DNA from: a virus
Lineage: Duplodnaviria; Caudoviricetes
Reading direction: 5' to 3' (one strand)
Length of the DNA: 56,378 nt
Virus record (IMG/VR): IMGVR_UViG_3300037961_003088
Coordinates: 1 to 56,378 of that record
Position numbers and translations under genes: made by a program. Shown one piece after another: positions 55,479 to 56,378 of this stretch. Position 1 is the first letter of the stretch. Every line of letters begins with the position of its first letter. The notes beneath the pieces were generated by a model. The model searched no databases. It was not told where the DNA came from and was given only the letters and a program-made list of their open reading frames with translations.

Positions 55479-55722
55479 TACAAGACCTAATAACAAATAT
55501 CAAAAATGGAAAGATACTGTGATCGACATAGAGAGCAGTATTGATCCACAGGTATTTTTAGAATTTGAAGTAGCATATGATCATTTAATTAAAGACTTAT
55601 CTAAAATTAAAGATGGATTTAAAACTACTGCTCATAATTTACTATTAGATTACCTCTCTCATAGAAAAGGTGTAGAGAGGGATGAACGTTTAGAGGAAAT
55701 GCAAGAAAAAAGGAGAATTTAA
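55405..55722 (+). CDS. Hypothetical protein (start uncertain)
   Basis: Coupled ORF in the recombination operon. Confidence 0.55.
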   Translation: MNLLLKRSQSLIKNRMIMKTKSHFSTRPNNKYQKWKDTVIDIESSIDPQVFLEFEVAYDHLIKDLSKIKDGFKTTAHNLLLDYLSHRKGVERDERLEEMQEKRRI

Positions 55723-56069
55723 TGATAGAAGATCAACAAGAAAGTTGGATGTCTAAGATAAGAAATTTTGCTCCTATAATAGAAAAAGCAGAGTACGAAC
55801 TCTTTAAAAGCAAAGCAGATGTGCAAAAAATAAATGCAAAATTAAAAGCACAAGCTATAGATAAAGGTTTTAAAACTGTATCAGGGCAAGAGAATTATGC
55901 TGAAAATCAGGAAGAGCTTTATCAAGCTAGATTATTAGTAGGTGTTAAACAAGGATTTTTAACATCTACTAAAGTCCAATTAGAAGCAATAAAAGTTGGT
56001 TTTGAAGAATGGCGAACCAAAATGGTAAATAAAAGAGAAGAACGTAGAAGATATGCTGTCAGCGAATAG
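55722..56069 (+). CDS. Helical coiled-coil protein (UvsY-like fold possible)
   Basis: AE......K...A.LK....QE.YA...Y...EEWRT pattern. Confidence 0.55.
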   Translation: MIEDQQESWMSKIRNFAPIIEKAEYELFKSKADVQKINAKLKAQAIDKGFKTVSGQENYAENQEELYQARLLVGVKQGFLTSTKVQLEAIKVGFEEWRTKMVNKREERRRYAVSE

Positions 56070-56132
56070 GAGGATTAACTAGCAATAAATATTAACTGAG
56101 TTCATTCAATTTGTTGCTAGTTATTTGTTATG
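56068..56132 (+). promoter_or_regulatory. Split RBS: SD and start codon bridged by a 15-bp hairpin
   Basis: AGGAGG at 56068-56073, hairpin at 56076-56123, ATG at 56130. Confidence 0.6.
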
Positions 56133-56246
56133 TCAAAAGGAAGTAATAGAAGACCTGAAGACAGAAAGAAAATAGATAAAAACTGGGATAGTATCTTTGG
56201 CAAGAAAGATCATGGCACTAAAAGGAAGAACACCAAACAAAGCTGA
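56130..56246 (+). CDS. Small conserved phage peptide (38 aa, not in ORF track)
   Basis: MSKGSNRRPEDRKKIDKNWDSIFGKK...; matches the MSKGS.R....NWD.IF pattern recalled from other phages. Confidence 0.7.
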   Translation: MSKGSNRRPEDRKKIDKNWDSIFGKKDHGTKRKNTKQS

Positions 56247-56378
56247 AAGAAAGCACATGGACAGAGTTTCTCAGATAGGCTGTATTGTTTGCAGAAATCT
56301 AGGTTATGGTTATGTGCCAGCAGAAATACATCATATAGAGGGTAAAACTAAAAAAGATAGTCATTTAAAAGTATTACC
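56183..56378 (+). repeat. Terminal direct repeat, copy 2
   Basis: 194/196 identity to 1-196. Confidence 0.97.

Larger units (their letters stand above)
1..56378. mobile_element. Complete tailed dsDNA bacteriophage genome (podovirus-like, 56,182 bp unit length)
   Basis: Terminal overlap, plus terminase, portal, capsid, tail, lysis and replication genes; no host housekeeping genes; ejection proteins present and no tape measure or sheath recognised. Confidence 0.95.

Overview
The window is an apparently complete, AT-rich tailed-phage genome of 56,182 bp. Bases 1-196 recur at 56183-56378 with 2 mismatches, which is a circular-assembly overlap. The gene set suggests podovirus-like morphology and resembles uncultured marine phages of low-GC proteobacteria (inference). 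The minus-strand late arm (41246->1134) encodes TerS, TerL, portal, a GroES-like co-chaperonin, scaffold, a Mu-gpT-like major capsid protein, tail adaptors, an S74-chaperoned tail fibre, lysis genes, nozzle, a GNAT and large ejection proteins, including a 2703-aa LPD38/zincin polyvalent protein. The early/replication arm encodes a MoxR-AAA + DUF3150-like + metallopeptidase-vWA module, an Arc-like repressor, primase-helicase, Cas4-like exonuclease, Sak3-like annealase, SSB-like and Ref-like proteins. I recognised no DNA/RNA polymerase, integrase, tRNA or CRISPR array. The most notable leads are: (1) a ~520-nt highly structured ncRNA candidate at 47666-48190 whose 5' loop is complementary to the ribosome-binding sites of two early genes; (2) other RNA-level devices (a hairpin-bridged split RBS, a capsid-downstream pseudoknot, a hammerhead-like element, a second pyrimidine-loop sRNA candidate); (3) a protein-lysine-methyltransferase-like gene inserted among small Lys/Arg-rich late proteins; (4) a secreted Thr/Asn-repeat + NIDO-like + membrane coiled-coil module in the lysis region. 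All family calls come from motif recognition by eye; no searches were run.
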